Source of the DNA: Geopsychrobacteraceae bacterium
GTDB lineage: Bacteria; Desulfobacterota; Desulfuromonadia; Desulfuromonadales; Geopsychrobacteraceae
Assembly: GCA_963662315.1 (NCBI GenBank)
Contig: OY759353.1
Coordinates: 2,080,001 to 2,144,000 of the forward strand
Reading direction: 5' to 3'
Length of the DNA: 64,000 nucleotides
Position numbers and translations under genes: made by a program. Of the stretch, positions 50,386 through 60,023 are shown piece after piece; positions within the stretch are counted from its first letter, which is position 1, and each line of letters opens with the position of its first letter. The notes under the pieces are model-generated. The model was given only the letters and a program-made list of their open reading frames with translations. It did not search any database and was not told the DNA's origin.

Positions 50386-51045
50386 ATGAATCAGACCATT
50401 CACCACCTTTTTGGTTCACCTGAACAACGTGTCGAACGGGCCCTTGCTGCATTGCGTCATGGCCGCGGTATTATTGTCACCGATGATGAAGACCGCGAAA
50501 ATGAAGGCGACATTATTTATGCCGCAGAATCAATAACCAAAGAGCAGATGGCTTTGCTGATCCGCGAATGCAGCGGCATCGTCTGCCTGTGTCTCACCGA
50601 AGATAAAATTGCTCAGTTGCAACTGCCAATGATGGTTGAAGACAACAAAAGCCAATACGGAACGGCCTTCACCATAACTATTGAAGCAGCCCAAGGGGTG
50701 ACCACCGGCGTATCGGCTGCCGACCGGGTGACGACTATTCAGGCGGCTATTGCTGATGACGCAACCACGGCCAGCCTGCACAGTCCGGGACATGTCTTCC
50801 CCCTGCGAGCCCGCAACGGAGGAGTTCTAGAACGCCGTGGCCACACCGAAGCAACCGTTGACATGATGCGCTTGGCCGGGCTCAAACCCTGTGGTGTTTT
50901 GTGTGAGGTAACCCTGCCCAACGGTGACATGGCACGCATGCCGGACCTGATTAAATTTGCTGCGGCCCACTACATGCCGCTGGTCACCATTGAGGATATC
51001 GTCCAATACCGTCAAGCTCAGCAAGACCAGAAAAAAGCCGTCTAA
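50386..51045 (+). CDS. ribB: 3,4-dihydroxy-2-butanone-4-phosphate synthase
   Basis: [32 protein letters not shown]. Confidence 0.96.
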   Translation: MNQTIHHLFGSPEQRVERALAALRHGRGIIVTDDEDRENEGDIIYAAESITKEQMALLIRECSGIVCLCLTEDKIAQLQLPMMVEDNKSQYGTAFTITIEAAQGVTTGVSAADRVTTIQAAIADDATTASLHSPGHVFPLRARNGGVLERRGHTEATVDMMRLAGLKPCGVLCEVTLPNGDMARMPDLIKFAAAHYMPLVTIEDIVQYRQAQQDQKKAV

Positions 51046-51212
51046 GCTCTACAATCTACCTGCGGTCAACAACAAGGTATCAGTCGATACCTTGTTGTTC
51101 GCCTAAATAGCTTACCATTATTGTAATATTTTGCCTTTCACGCTAAGATAACCTCCTGAACCAAGAGAAATCATCTTCATTGACTGAATTTATTTTCTGA
51201 CAGGTTACCAAT

Positions 51213-52538
51213 ATGGACAGTTCTAGAACGTCTTCAAGTCCCAAAGTTGTCATTGTCGGTGGAGGCTTTGCCGGCATGGCGTGTGCCAAAGGGCTTGCTG
51301 ACTGCCCGCTTGAGATCATTCTGGCGGACCGTAACAACTATCACCTTTTTCAGCCGTTACTCTACCAGGTCGCGACAGCAGTTCTTTCTCCTGCGGACAT
51401 TGCTGCACCAATCAGGCGCCTATTGAGAAATCAGCAAAATACCACTGTTGTTCTTGATGAATTGACCGGTGTCGATCTGGAAAACCGCTACGCTTTTTTT
51501 CAGAATTCCAGCATCCCCTATGATTATCTGGTGCTCGCCAACGGTGCGACCCACTCTTACTTTGACCATGATGAATGGGCCGCTTATGCCCCGGGGCTGA
51601 AATCTGTAGACGATGCTTTAGAAATTCGGCGCCGGGTATTGCTTGCCTATGAAGCCGCAGAATGGGAAGCGGATGCAGCAGCACGCCAGGCGAAACTGAC
51701 CTTTGTTGTCATAGGTGGTGGCCCGACCGGAGTCGAGCTTGCCGGGGCCCTAAAAGAAATTGCCGCCAAAACAATTCCACGCGATTTTCGTCATATAGAT
51801 ACGACAACCGCTCAGGTCCTGCTGGTTGAAGCAGGGGCACGGCTATTACCTGCCCTTCCTGAAAAACTCGGTCACAAAGCCTTTCTCGACCTTCAAACTA
51901 TGGGTGTCCAGGTACGATTGAACAGCTTCGTCACCAAAATCCAGGAAGGTGAAGTCTATATTGGTGATGAGCTGCTGCCTGCCGAAAACATTATCTGGGC
52001 AGCGGGGGTCAGGGGTTCAGAAATGACCGCCTCGCTTCATTGTGAGTTGGATCGTCAAGGGCGCGTTAAAGTTGCTGCTGACCTTTCGCTTCCGGGGCAT
52101 CCTGAGGTTTTTGTGGTGGGGGATCTTGCTCATGCTATCGACCGCAAAACCGGCAGTCCCGTACCCGGAGTTGCTCCAGCGGCGATGCAGATGGGGGAGT
52201 ATGTTGCGGGGCTGATTCGTAATGAAGTAAAAAATGCAGAAGCGCAGCAGCAGCGAAAAGCGTTTTCTTATCGGGATAAAGGCAGCATGGCAACCATCGG
52301 GCGTAATCGCGCCGTTGCCGCTGTTGCAGGTGGGCAATTCAGCGGCTTCCCGGCCTGGGCCCTGTGGGGTGTCGTTCACATTCTGCCCTTGATCGGTTTT
52401 CGTAATAAGCTGTCGGTTATATTCTCCTGGGTCTGGAGCTACTTTTCACTCAGCAAGAACGCCCGCCTGATTACCGGACAACCCCGTATGAAAGTCAAGC
52501 AGGTCCTTGGGGTTCCGAGGCGCGAGGCCGATCACTAA
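51213..52538 (+). CDS. ndh: Type II NADH dehydrogenase-like FAD oxidoreductase
   Basis: GGGFAG, FQPLLYQVAT, GGGPTGVELAG, DKGSMATIGR. Confidence 0.9.
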   Translation: MDSSRTSSSPKVVIVGGGFAGMACAKGLADCPLEIILADRNNYHLFQPLLYQVATAVLSPADIAAPIRRLLRNQQNTTVVLDELTGVDLENRYAFFQNSSIPYDYLVLANGATHSYFDHDEWAAYAPGLKSVDDALEIRRRVLLAYEAAEWEADAAARQAKLTFVVIGGGPTGVELAGALKEIAAKTIPRDFRHIDTTTAQVLLVEAGARLLPALPEKLGHKAFLDLQTMGVQVRLNSFVTKIQEGEVYIGDELLPAENIIWAAGVRGSEMTASLHCELDRQGRVKVAADLSLPGHPEVFVVGDLAHAIDRKTGSPVPGVAPAAMQMGEYVAGLIRNEVKNAEAQQQRKAFSYRDKGSMATIGRNRAVAAVAGGQFSGFPAWALWGVVHILPLIGFRNKLSVIFSWVWSYFSLSKNARLITGQPRMKVKQVLGVPRREADH

Positions 52539-52539
52539 T

Positions 52540-52926
52540 TTACTGGTGGTGCTGATTCAGTAATATAATTGCGTACCAGTTCAACGCCAACATTAAAGCC
52601 AAAACCAGAAGAACGGCCAACCCGGCCGTTCCCCTAGTTAACCCGTCACGCAGATAATCCATCACACAAACGCCCAAAAAACAGGCGGCAATCACAAAAT
52701 CAGCACTAGCCGCCCAGCTGATCTTACTGCGCCACGCCCAACTCAGAATATAGATATTGAGCAAACCATAACCACCTGTGACATAGGCAAAGGTTTTTAA
52801 CCAGGGCGTAGCCATCGGACTGAAAGCTATATTGACGGCATAGAAGACAAACAGAAAGGAACTGATGGAACTGATGGAACTGAAAAGAGCGAAGCCAATC
52901 TTCAAGACTTTACTGTACTTTTTCAT
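52540..52926 (-). CDS. Hypothetical four-TM membrane protein
   Basis: Hydrophobic 128-aa ORF with GAGG RBS. Confidence 0.7.
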   Translation of the reverse strand: MKKYSKVLKIGFALFSSISSISSFLFVFYAVNIAFSPMATPWLKTFAYVTGGYGLLNIYILSWAWRSKISWAASADFVIAACFLGVCVMDYLRDGLTRGTAGLAVLLVLALMLALNWYAIILLNQHHQ

Positions 52927-53036
52927 GTGGCAACCTCACTGGTTGGTAAAATAATACCTAAAGACTAGCACGGTAACCTTGAAAGACAACAACGGCCCTC
53001 ACTCCATAGTAAGGGCCGTTGTTCATGATACGAGCA

Positions 53037-53885
53037 TCAGGACTGCTCTGCCGCTATCAGATTATCAACACTCAAAGGCTGATCTTCACGGTACTGTTCA
53101 CGCCGCCAACGATAGGGGAGATCAATAATCTCACCAGGAGTTTTGATTTGGTAAAGTGCCGCCAGCGCCTCACGAACAATGGTCCGTTGTTGCAGCTTAT
53201 TACCGACCTCCCCCAGAGGATGGCCAAAAGGCCAGCGGACAAAAACCGTACGTGGGGGTTTAACCTTCTCGGAATACTCTCTGACAATCGAAATACCGAC
53301 CGTTGCAATTCCGACATTCTCAATTTCACGTTGTATCAATCCCACGGATTGATTGCAGATACCTCAGGCCGGGGTTAGAAGGACAAGGTCGACTTGATCT
53401 TTTTTGAGCCGATCAGCGACTTCCCGAGCGGTTTTTTCGCTGAGCGTACGGATATGTTCTGCGTCGATATGCCCCATGAAGGCATAATGAGTTCGGGCCA
53501 AACTGCCGAGTGTCCCTTCGCTAACCAGCTCTTGGAGTCGGTCCAGCGGAAAGATGATGTTCGGGTCTTTGCGTGCGTCAGAGTGATCGTAATAGTCGTG
53601 GGTGATTTGAAAGTCATTGAACAACTCCTTTCCGTCGAGGACTCGAAAGCTGGGATCGCCATTTTTATCGACCATGTCGAAGCCCGGCTGGTTGCGGTGA
53701 TGGATACCAGAAGTCGTTACTAATGCTAATTTTGCCTGATACAGCGGTTTTTTCGGTTCTGCCCAGGGGATATCCCCCGCGCTTTCGCGCGGGGTGTAAC
53801 CTTGGACAAATTTTTTGGCGACCGCCGGAAAGCGGGTGGCCAGAACAGCTAAGGAGCGATTTTTTATTCGTCCCAATAATGTCAT
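53037..53885 (-). CDS. Selenoprotein of the GrdB/PrdB (glycine/proline reductase B)-like family; Sec at UGA 53364-53366
   Basis: Two listed ORFs join in frame through TGA giving LLTPA-U-GIC (UxxC); LALVTTSG, D.N..FPLDRL.EL and PFGHPLG motifs; hairpin follows the UGA. Confidence 0.88.
53335..53353 (-). promoter_or_regulatory. Bacterial SECIS element
   Basis: ATCAATCC-GTG-GGATTGAT perfect 8-bp stem starting 11 nt after the UGA. Confidence 0.8.
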
Positions 53886-54853
53886 TGTACCACCTCTTGC
53901 TGTTTTTGCACCTTCTGCTCCCGGGTTCTGTCCAAACTCAGGGCTATCGCGGTATCAAGATGCCCCTGAGCATCAATAATCGGTAACGTTGAGCTATTGG
54001 CCCATTCAATCCATGAACCGTCATAGTTGCTGGCCCGCTGATAGCCCAGCCCCAATAACACCAGGGTTGCATAAGAGGAACGTATCCCTGTCTGGCAGTG
54101 AGCAATAATTTCTTTATCTGATGTTATCCCGTTGCTCTGTAAAAGTGCAATGAGTTCACTTTTATTTTTCAGAACCTTAATACCGTTCACTTCTGTTTGC
54201 AGATCAGTCCAGTTAAGATGCACCGCTCCTGGGATATGTCCACCACGGTCAGCACGCACATCGCTACCGGCATATTCTCCTGCACTTCTTGAATCCCATA
54301 TGACAACCCCAGGATTTTCGAGACGGGTATAAACATAATCAGCATCAGCCCTGGCATCGAGATATTCGCTATGTTCATTCAGGCGATAATCTACGCTGAC
54401 CGGTGCCGCCGTTGGCAGCAGACTCGTCGCACGCCCTTCTGCCGACCACTTATCGTAACCGCCATCCAAAACGTAGGCATTTTTGTGTCCGTTATAGTGC
54501 AGCGACCAGACCAGCCGGGCAGCATACGGGTTGTCATCTTCTGCATAGACAACAACTGGGGTTTCAGGAGTAACGCCTAACCGACCAAGCAGGGCAGCCG
54601 TTTTTGCTGGGCCAGGAACTAGACTTTTAACCCCATAACGTGTCTCAAGAAAATCATCCCGTTTGACATGATGCGCCCCATAGATATGACCAAGAAGATA
54701 AAGAGGCCCTTTCCTTACATCGACAATAACTGCCTTATCGCGATGCTCACCCAGCCATTGGGTACTGACAAAATAGTCATCGAGTGCGGCGAATGCCCCG
54801 GCAGCAAAAACAAGTGAGAACAGTACGGAAATAAATAATGAACGTTTCAACAT
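53882..54853 (-). CDS. Exported tandem-rhodanese sulfurtransferase
   Basis: Signal peptide, GHIPGA, active-site HCQTGIRS, YDGSWIEW; ATGA overlap with the selenoprotein gene. Confidence 0.9.
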   Translation of the reverse strand: MLKRSLFISVLFSLVFAAGAFAALDDYFVSTQWLGEHRDKAVIVDVRKGPLYLLGHIYGAHHVKRDDFLETRYGVKSLVPGPAKTAALLGRLGVTPETPVVVYAEDDNPYAARLVWSLHYNGHKNAYVLDGGYDKWSAEGRATSLLPTAAPVSVDYRLNEHSEYLDARADADYVYTRLENPGVVIWDSRSAGEYAGSDVRADRGGHIPGAVHLNWTDLQTEVNGIKVLKNKSELIALLQSNGITSDKEIIAHCQTGIRSSYATLVLLGLGYQRASNYDGSWIEWANSSTLPIIDAQGHLDTAIALSLDRTREQKVQKQQEVVQ

Positions 54854-55096
54854 GGATAACTCCTTTTTGTTTATTGTTTCTGTGTGGTTTATATTAGCTT
54901 TATTTCCTACTGTCAACATGTATTTTTTTGCAGTACATTCATCCGCATTATACTGCTTATTGGTGTATATTATATCATTGCGAAAACACATGCATAAAAT
55001 GAAAAATAACGTTCATTATTTGCGAAAAAAAAGTTGGATAAAATTTTACGAAGACAAGTAATTGACTAAGACTCTCACTTACATTAGATTTATTTT

Positions 55097-56728
55097 ATGA
55101 GAGGATTACTTTTTTATAATCACTACGGCTTGTTTTTTAATAAAGACAGGTTGTTCAGGAAGAGGTGGAGCTGGCTTTTGCTACTAAGTTTGCTTACTAT
55201 TGGCGGAGTCTGCCCAACACCGGGGCTGGCCACTCAGGAAACATCTGCAGCCTTTGTTCTGACCGCGACATCGGTTGGCAACGGTTACCCAGATCTACCA
55301 TTGCTTGAAAAGAATCACTTTTACCGGAAGATGAATATCATTGGATCTGGAGGGATGAACGACTTCTCCTACCACTTCAGCCTGTACGGTCAGACCGGTT
55401 ATGAAGATCAGGACAATCGCCATGCTTATCACCTGAACAGTTTTCAGGGTGAGTTCAAAACCCCGAGTCAATACCTCAGACTCGGGGAAACCTATACACA
55501 ATACTCCTCGTATTCCTTGACCCATAGCGTCAAAGGCGGGGTATATTCTTACATCAGTCACCACAAAAAAGGTCCTGAATTTTCCGTCATTTATGGACTC
55601 AACTGCTCTGACTGGGATCAATTCTGGGGTAAGACTACGACTCGCCGCCAGGTTAAGGGATTGCGTTACAAGCAGCCATTGACGTCTGACTTCTGGATTG
55701 CCGCCAACCTGGTTCAGACTCGTGACCATCAGGGGAAAACAGAAGAAATCGGTTACGAATCATCAGTTATAAGCCTGGACTGGAGTTATCAACTGCTGGA
55801 CAATCTGGTTCTCTACGGAGAAACAGCCTTCGCCGACACAGCAACCATTTCGACCTCAAATGAGGCAGATGGCACAGAACATAAAGGTACCGCTCAACGC
55901 ATAAATGCCCAGTTGAAGCGCACCACAACCGACTTTGTGCTGACGTATGAGCGTATCAGCAGTGATTTTGTCAGCCTGGTCACAGATACGACCGCTGATC
56001 GGGAAAAACTCTCGGGACGGCTCACCTATCAGCTCGGTCCATTAACAGAATACACCCTGAGCCTGCTATGGTATCACGACGACCTCGCAGGTCAGCTTGA
56101 TTACCGTACTGATCATTATCAACCAAGAGTGGCGCTCAGCCGCAAACAGATTTTCAACCGCCCACACGCCCGACTCGATTCCAGTTATACTTACAAACGC
56201 AGTGAAAGCACGAACACCGGCCAGAATCACCATTATGTTTCCGTGACCTATCTGGATCATTTCGGAGCATTTGTCAGCTGCAGTAATCTGAATCTGATTT
56301 TTTATGACAATACCGGCGCTGCTCATGGTGACGAATATACCTACAACACAAGCCTGACTTCCAGCTTTGCCGCAACGCCAAACATAAAACTCAAACCGGA
56401 ATTAAGACTGGGCGGCTGGATGATTGACGATGAGCTCAATGATTCTGAAAAGCAGGTTTGGGAGTATTCTCTGGGGCTGGGAATCACGATTCCCAACAGA
56501 AATTTTGAAACGCATCTGAGGATTGGCCAGAATCAATTAATTGACGCAAATGACGAAAACGTAGCAAAGTTACTGGCAAGTATCAATCTGAACTATCTGC
56601 TTAAAAAGTCACGACATCGCACAACCCAGGTCTACCTGCAGGGTTACGTCAACGACTACAGCTATACCACCGCAAGCAATAATTACTCGGAAATCAACTT
56701 CAGTTCAGGGCTGAATATCACTTTCTGA
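55097..56728 (+). CDS. Putative outer-membrane beta-barrel protein
   Basis: Signal-like N-terminus, alternating amphipathic Y/S/T-rich segments, C-terminal GLNITF. Confidence 0.65.
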   Translation: MRGLLFYNHYGLFFNKDRLFRKRWSWLLLLSLLTIGGVCPTPGLATQETSAAFVLTATSVGNGYPDLPLLEKNHFYRKMNIIGSGGMNDFSYHFSLYGQTGYEDQDNRHAYHLNSFQGEFKTPSQYLRLGETYTQYSSYSLTHSVKGGVYSYISHHKKGPEFSVIYGLNCSDWDQFWGKTTTRRQVKGLRYKQPLTSDFWIAANLVQTRDHQGKTEEIGYESSVISLDWSYQLLDNLVLYGETAFADTATISTSNEADGTEHKGTAQRINAQLKRTTTDFVLTYERISSDFVSLVTDTTADREKLSGRLTYQLGPLTEYTLSLLWYHDDLAGQLDYRTDHYQPRVALSRKQIFNRPHARLDSSYTYKRSESTNTGQNHHYVSVTYLDHFGAFVSCSNLNLIFYDNTGAAHGDEYTYNTSLTSSFAATPNIKLKPELRLGGWMIDDELNDSEKQVWEYSLGLGITIPNRNFETHLRIGQNQLIDANDENVAKLLASINLNYLLKKSRHRTTQVYLQGYVNDYSYTTASNNYSEINFSSGLNITF

Positions 56729-56753
56729 ACAACAGAATCCGCCAACATACAAA

Positions 56754-57209
56754 TCATCTGGAGTAATACAGAGCGTGATATTCGCGTATAGCCCGGCAGT
56801 GTTCTTCATCGCCTCGGACCATAGCCGCAAACATGCGCCGCATACTGTCATTTTCAAAATCCACAGCAGCCGTAATATGGATAGCCAAATACTCATTTTC
56901 CAATTTAAGAGACAGTTCTACTGCGGACTCCTGAGTAAAATAGCCTTCTTTAGCGCGATTCAAAGACTCAGTAACATATTGATTCATGCGCTCGACCTTG
57001 GTCATGATATGAGGCTTGGGCAAGAAGCCGTCATTTTTGGCTAAACGTGCAGCAAAGCCTAAATCCAGTGCATGCTGATCCTCGTCCTTAGCCATTTTCA
57101 GCCAGATTTCCTGTAAACTGGAATCACAGTCAAGTGCCTCGGCAAAATGCCGGTAAATGGCTCCGATAGTCTTCTCTATATTGATGCATGTATTAAAGAA
57201 TTGCCGCAC
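56754..57209 (-). CDS. Ferritin-like/rubrerythrin-family protein
   Basis: E..H motifs (DEDQH, DEEH), IE....IY. Confidence 0.75.
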   Translation of the reverse strand: MRQFFNTCINIEKTIGAIYRHFAEALDCDSSLQEIWLKMAKDEDQHALDLGFAARLAKNDGFLPKPHIMTKVERMNQYVTESLNRAKEGYFTQESAVELSLKLENEYLAIHITAAVDFENDSMRRMFAAMVRGDEEHCRAIREYHALYYSR

Positions 57210-57436
57210 GACTACGCTCCTTAAGTAGCAAGCCCCTCATCAATTGACACGCTACACACTTTTACATATCTGGCAGAGGATAGCCAGTTGAAACAATTTG
57301 ACTGTTGCCAGCGTTAATAGCGTGCTAGATTACCGGCCGGCAGCCTGAATGATACAGGATATCCACATCTCTGCCGTTATGTCTTAACCGGTATCAACAT
57401 CAATTGCTTTGCTGTTCATTTTGGGAAAGGATACCT

Positions 57437-57679
57437 ATGGCGCACAATACAGATCAAAACAGCGATAACATTATCATCATTCCCTTTCGCGATTTGGAAC
57501 CAGAAACCTTGGAGCAATTAATCCAGGAGTTTGTCACCAGAGATGGCTGCGACTGGGATCAAACCGGCTGTTCCCTGGAAGACAAAGTCAGACAGGTCGT
57601 GCAACAACTTCACAGTGGTCGCGTTCAGATTGTCTTCGACCTGATTTCAGAGACGGCAAATCTGGTTTCAACCACCTGA
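57437..57679 (+). CDS. yheU: YheU (UPF0270) family protein
   Basis: IP...LEPETL..LI.EFVTRDG, SLEDKV. Confidence 0.85.
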   Translation: MAHNTDQNSDNIIIIPFRDLEPETLEQLIQEFVTRDGCDWDQTGCSLEDKVRQVVQQLHSGRVQIVFDLISETANLVSTT

Positions 57680-57701
57680 CCAACAGACATTCGAGGACAT
57701 T

Positions 57702-58052
57702 TTGAAGAATAAAATAATTCGCCTGATTGAACTGATCCAGGAAGATTTTCCTGAAGAACTGCTAGCGTATTTCAAAACCGAAGAAGAGGCTCCGCTAAAA
57801 ACTCGCCTGGCCTTGGCCAGCAAAGCGATCAGCCATCACCAGCAGCGCTCTGCAGATCTGTGGCTGGCGGCAGGCAAGAAACGCACACCGGATGAGAAAA
57901 AAGCCTCTGCACGAGCTGATCTGGCTGCCTTTCTGTTTGCGTACCTGACCGGAACCCCAAAAGAAAATGCCCAGAGTGCTATAGAAGCGCTTGAGGTTCT
58001 GGGGCGCCAGATGGAGGCTGAGCTGATTTACAGTCTATGTAAAAAGAGATAA
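57702..58052 (+). CDS. Hypothetical protein
   Basis: 116-aa ORF with GAGG RBS and TTG start. Confidence 0.65.
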   Translation: MKNKIIRLIELIQEDFPEELLAYFKTEEEAPLKTRLALASKAISHHQQRSADLWLAAGKKRTPDEKKASARADLAAFLFAYLTGTPKENAQSAIEALEVLGRQMEAELIYSLCKKR

Positions 58053-58121
58053 AAAAGCGCCGCCGGAAAGGTTGCGTTTGAAAAATATGATGGCGTTTTT
58101 TTCCATCCCCCTGCAGACATT

Positions 58122-59075
58122 TTAATCAGTCCGAAGAGCCTTGCCAACAATGGTGCCAAGCTCCCTGGCAACGTCTTCTGCTCCCTCCAGTGACCCGACG
58201 AACAGTACAAAATCATGAACCATTCCTTCGTAATGGAGATGGTTGACGGCAACACCGGCTTGCTTCAGTCGTTCGGCATAGCGGATCGCCTCGGCGGCCA
58301 AAGGATCAAGTCCCGCAGTAACAATCGTAGCAGCTGGCAGATTGGCAACGTCCTCGGTTAACAGTGGTGATACCAGGGGGTGTGTTACTTCTTCAGGATC
58401 ATTCAGGTAATAGTTACGGAAAGCCCGGCTATTTCGGTCAGACAGGGTAACCTCCTGCAGACTCTTCAGTTTTTCCGAATGATCTACGGAATAGTCAAGC
58501 AACGGACAGATCAACAGTTGGTGCACCGGGAAGAAATCCTGCCGCTGACGAGCCAGCAGGCAGACCCCGGCAGCCAGGTTTCCCCCGGCACTGTCACCGG
58601 CAATAGCCAACTGATCTGTACGGATATTCAGGGGAACATCGTTATCCAGCAGCCACAAAGCAGTCTGGTAACATTGCTCCAGGGCATAGGGAAACTTGTG
58701 TTCCGGCGCCAACCCGTAATCAACACTGACCAGGACCGCATTGGCCGACACTGAGATCAGACGACAGGTATTATCGGACAAGTCAGGGTTTCCCACGCAA
58801 AACCCACCGCCATGCATAAATAAAATGACTGGGAATGGCCCGCGTCCGGTCGGCGAATAGATTCTGACCCGGGTCTCGACATCACCAGTCTCGGCAATAA
58901 TATCATCAATGGTTCCGGCATAAGGTACTTTGACTGCACGCTCGACCTTCGCATTCATGATGCTGCGGGCCCTTTCGATATCTTCAATCGGTAGAGGAGA
59001 AGTATTGAGGAACGCACGCAAAAATTTTTCTTTATTCATCTTGGCAACCGTAGTGTTGTAGTTTGCAGAGCCCAT
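58122..59075 (-). CDS. Alpha/beta hydrolase (HSL-type esterase)
   Basis: HGGGF, GDSAGG, DPL, GMVHDF. Confidence 0.92.
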   Translation of the reverse strand: MGSANYNTTVAKMNKEKFLRAFLNTSPLPIEDIERARSIMNAKVERAVKVPYAGTIDDIIAETGDVETRVRIYSPTGRGPFPVILFMHGGGFCVGNPDLSDNTCRLISVSANAVLVSVDYGLAPEHKFPYALEQCYQTALWLLDNDVPLNIRTDQLAIAGDSAGGNLAAGVCLLARQRQDFFPVHQLLICPLLDYSVDHSEKLKSLQEVTLSDRNSRAFRNYYLNDPEEVTHPLVSPLLTEDVANLPAATIVTAGLDPLAAEAIRYAERLKQAGVAVNHLHYEGMVHDFVLFVGSLEGAEDVARELGTIVGKALRTD

Positions 59076-59081
59076 AGCTCA

Positions 59082-59936
59082 TCAGGGTTCAGAATGACGA
59101 CCGCAGGTCTTCAGCACATACCAGGTAATCATAGCGAAGGCCAGGAGTGGTAACACCGGAATAAACAGTTGACTGTTGTGAGCCAGTAGAATAACGGAGA
59201 AAAGCACCACAACCGGCAATGGCAGATAACGGCCTATCTGGGAGAACACCGAACTTTGGTGCTTCACAGCTGCACCAGTAAGGTTTTCATTGACATGAAA
59301 ACGACTGGCAACACAGGCAAAAAAACTGACCATGACCCAATCTGAAACCCCGATCACCGGAATCAAAGCTTCACTGCCCGGCAAAGCAAGCTTGATCAGA
59401 ATCATATCGATAATCGGCGGTTCACCCTGCGGAGCCTGATAATAAGCTGCTATCTGCCCGGCAAACTGCGCAGTTGGCCCTGCCAGCCAACTACTGAAAT
59501 CAGCCAATGACATGACGATGCTCACCAGCACCAGATCCCTCAGCCTGTTAATATAACGAGCCAGAACCGCGCCGACAAGCGTCCCCGAGAAAAGTAAAAA
59601 ACCGGATTGAATGGCACTGCCTACCGCTATTGAACCTGCAACCGGCACGAGAAGATGCAGCCCGCAAGAGACCACAATTAAAATCAGCAACCAGAACCAG
59701 TAAAACGAACGACGGCGTGGTTCGGGGACCAGATGTTGCACCGGCAGGAACAATTGTGCAGCAGCAATCAGCTGCACTGCCATCCACAGAGCATCAAGCC
59801 AGCGGTTTGCGGCAACAAACCCTCCCAGCCAGTTAAGGGCCACGGCAAATAGACTCCAGATACAGGCCATCCCGACAAGAGTCCAGAGACACCAGCGATT
59901 CTGACGCGGAAAAGAGATGAAATGAGTCGGTAACAT
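59082..59936 (-). CDS. Hypothetical multi-TM membrane protein
   Basis: Hydrophobic 284-aa ORF. Confidence 0.7.
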   Translation of the reverse strand: MLPTHFISFPRQNRWCLWTLVGMACIWSLFAVALNWLGGFVAANRWLDALWMAVQLIAAAQLFLPVQHLVPEPRRRSFYWFWLLILIVVSCGLHLLVPVAGSIAVGSAIQSGFLLFSGTLVGAVLARYINRLRDLVLVSIVMSLADFSSWLAGPTAQFAGQIAAYYQAPQGEPPIIDMILIKLALPGSEALIPVIGVSDWVMVSFFACVASRFHVNENLTGAAVKHQSSVFSQIGRYLPLPVVVLFSVILLAHNSQLFIPVLPLLAFAMITWYVLKTCGRHSEP

Positions 59937-60023
59937 AAGGTCGGATAATATCTGATTTTTAGCGATTAAGACATTTTATTCTGTGCAACCTGATAGCAGA
60001 AGAGGCACGTTACGGTTGGACTA

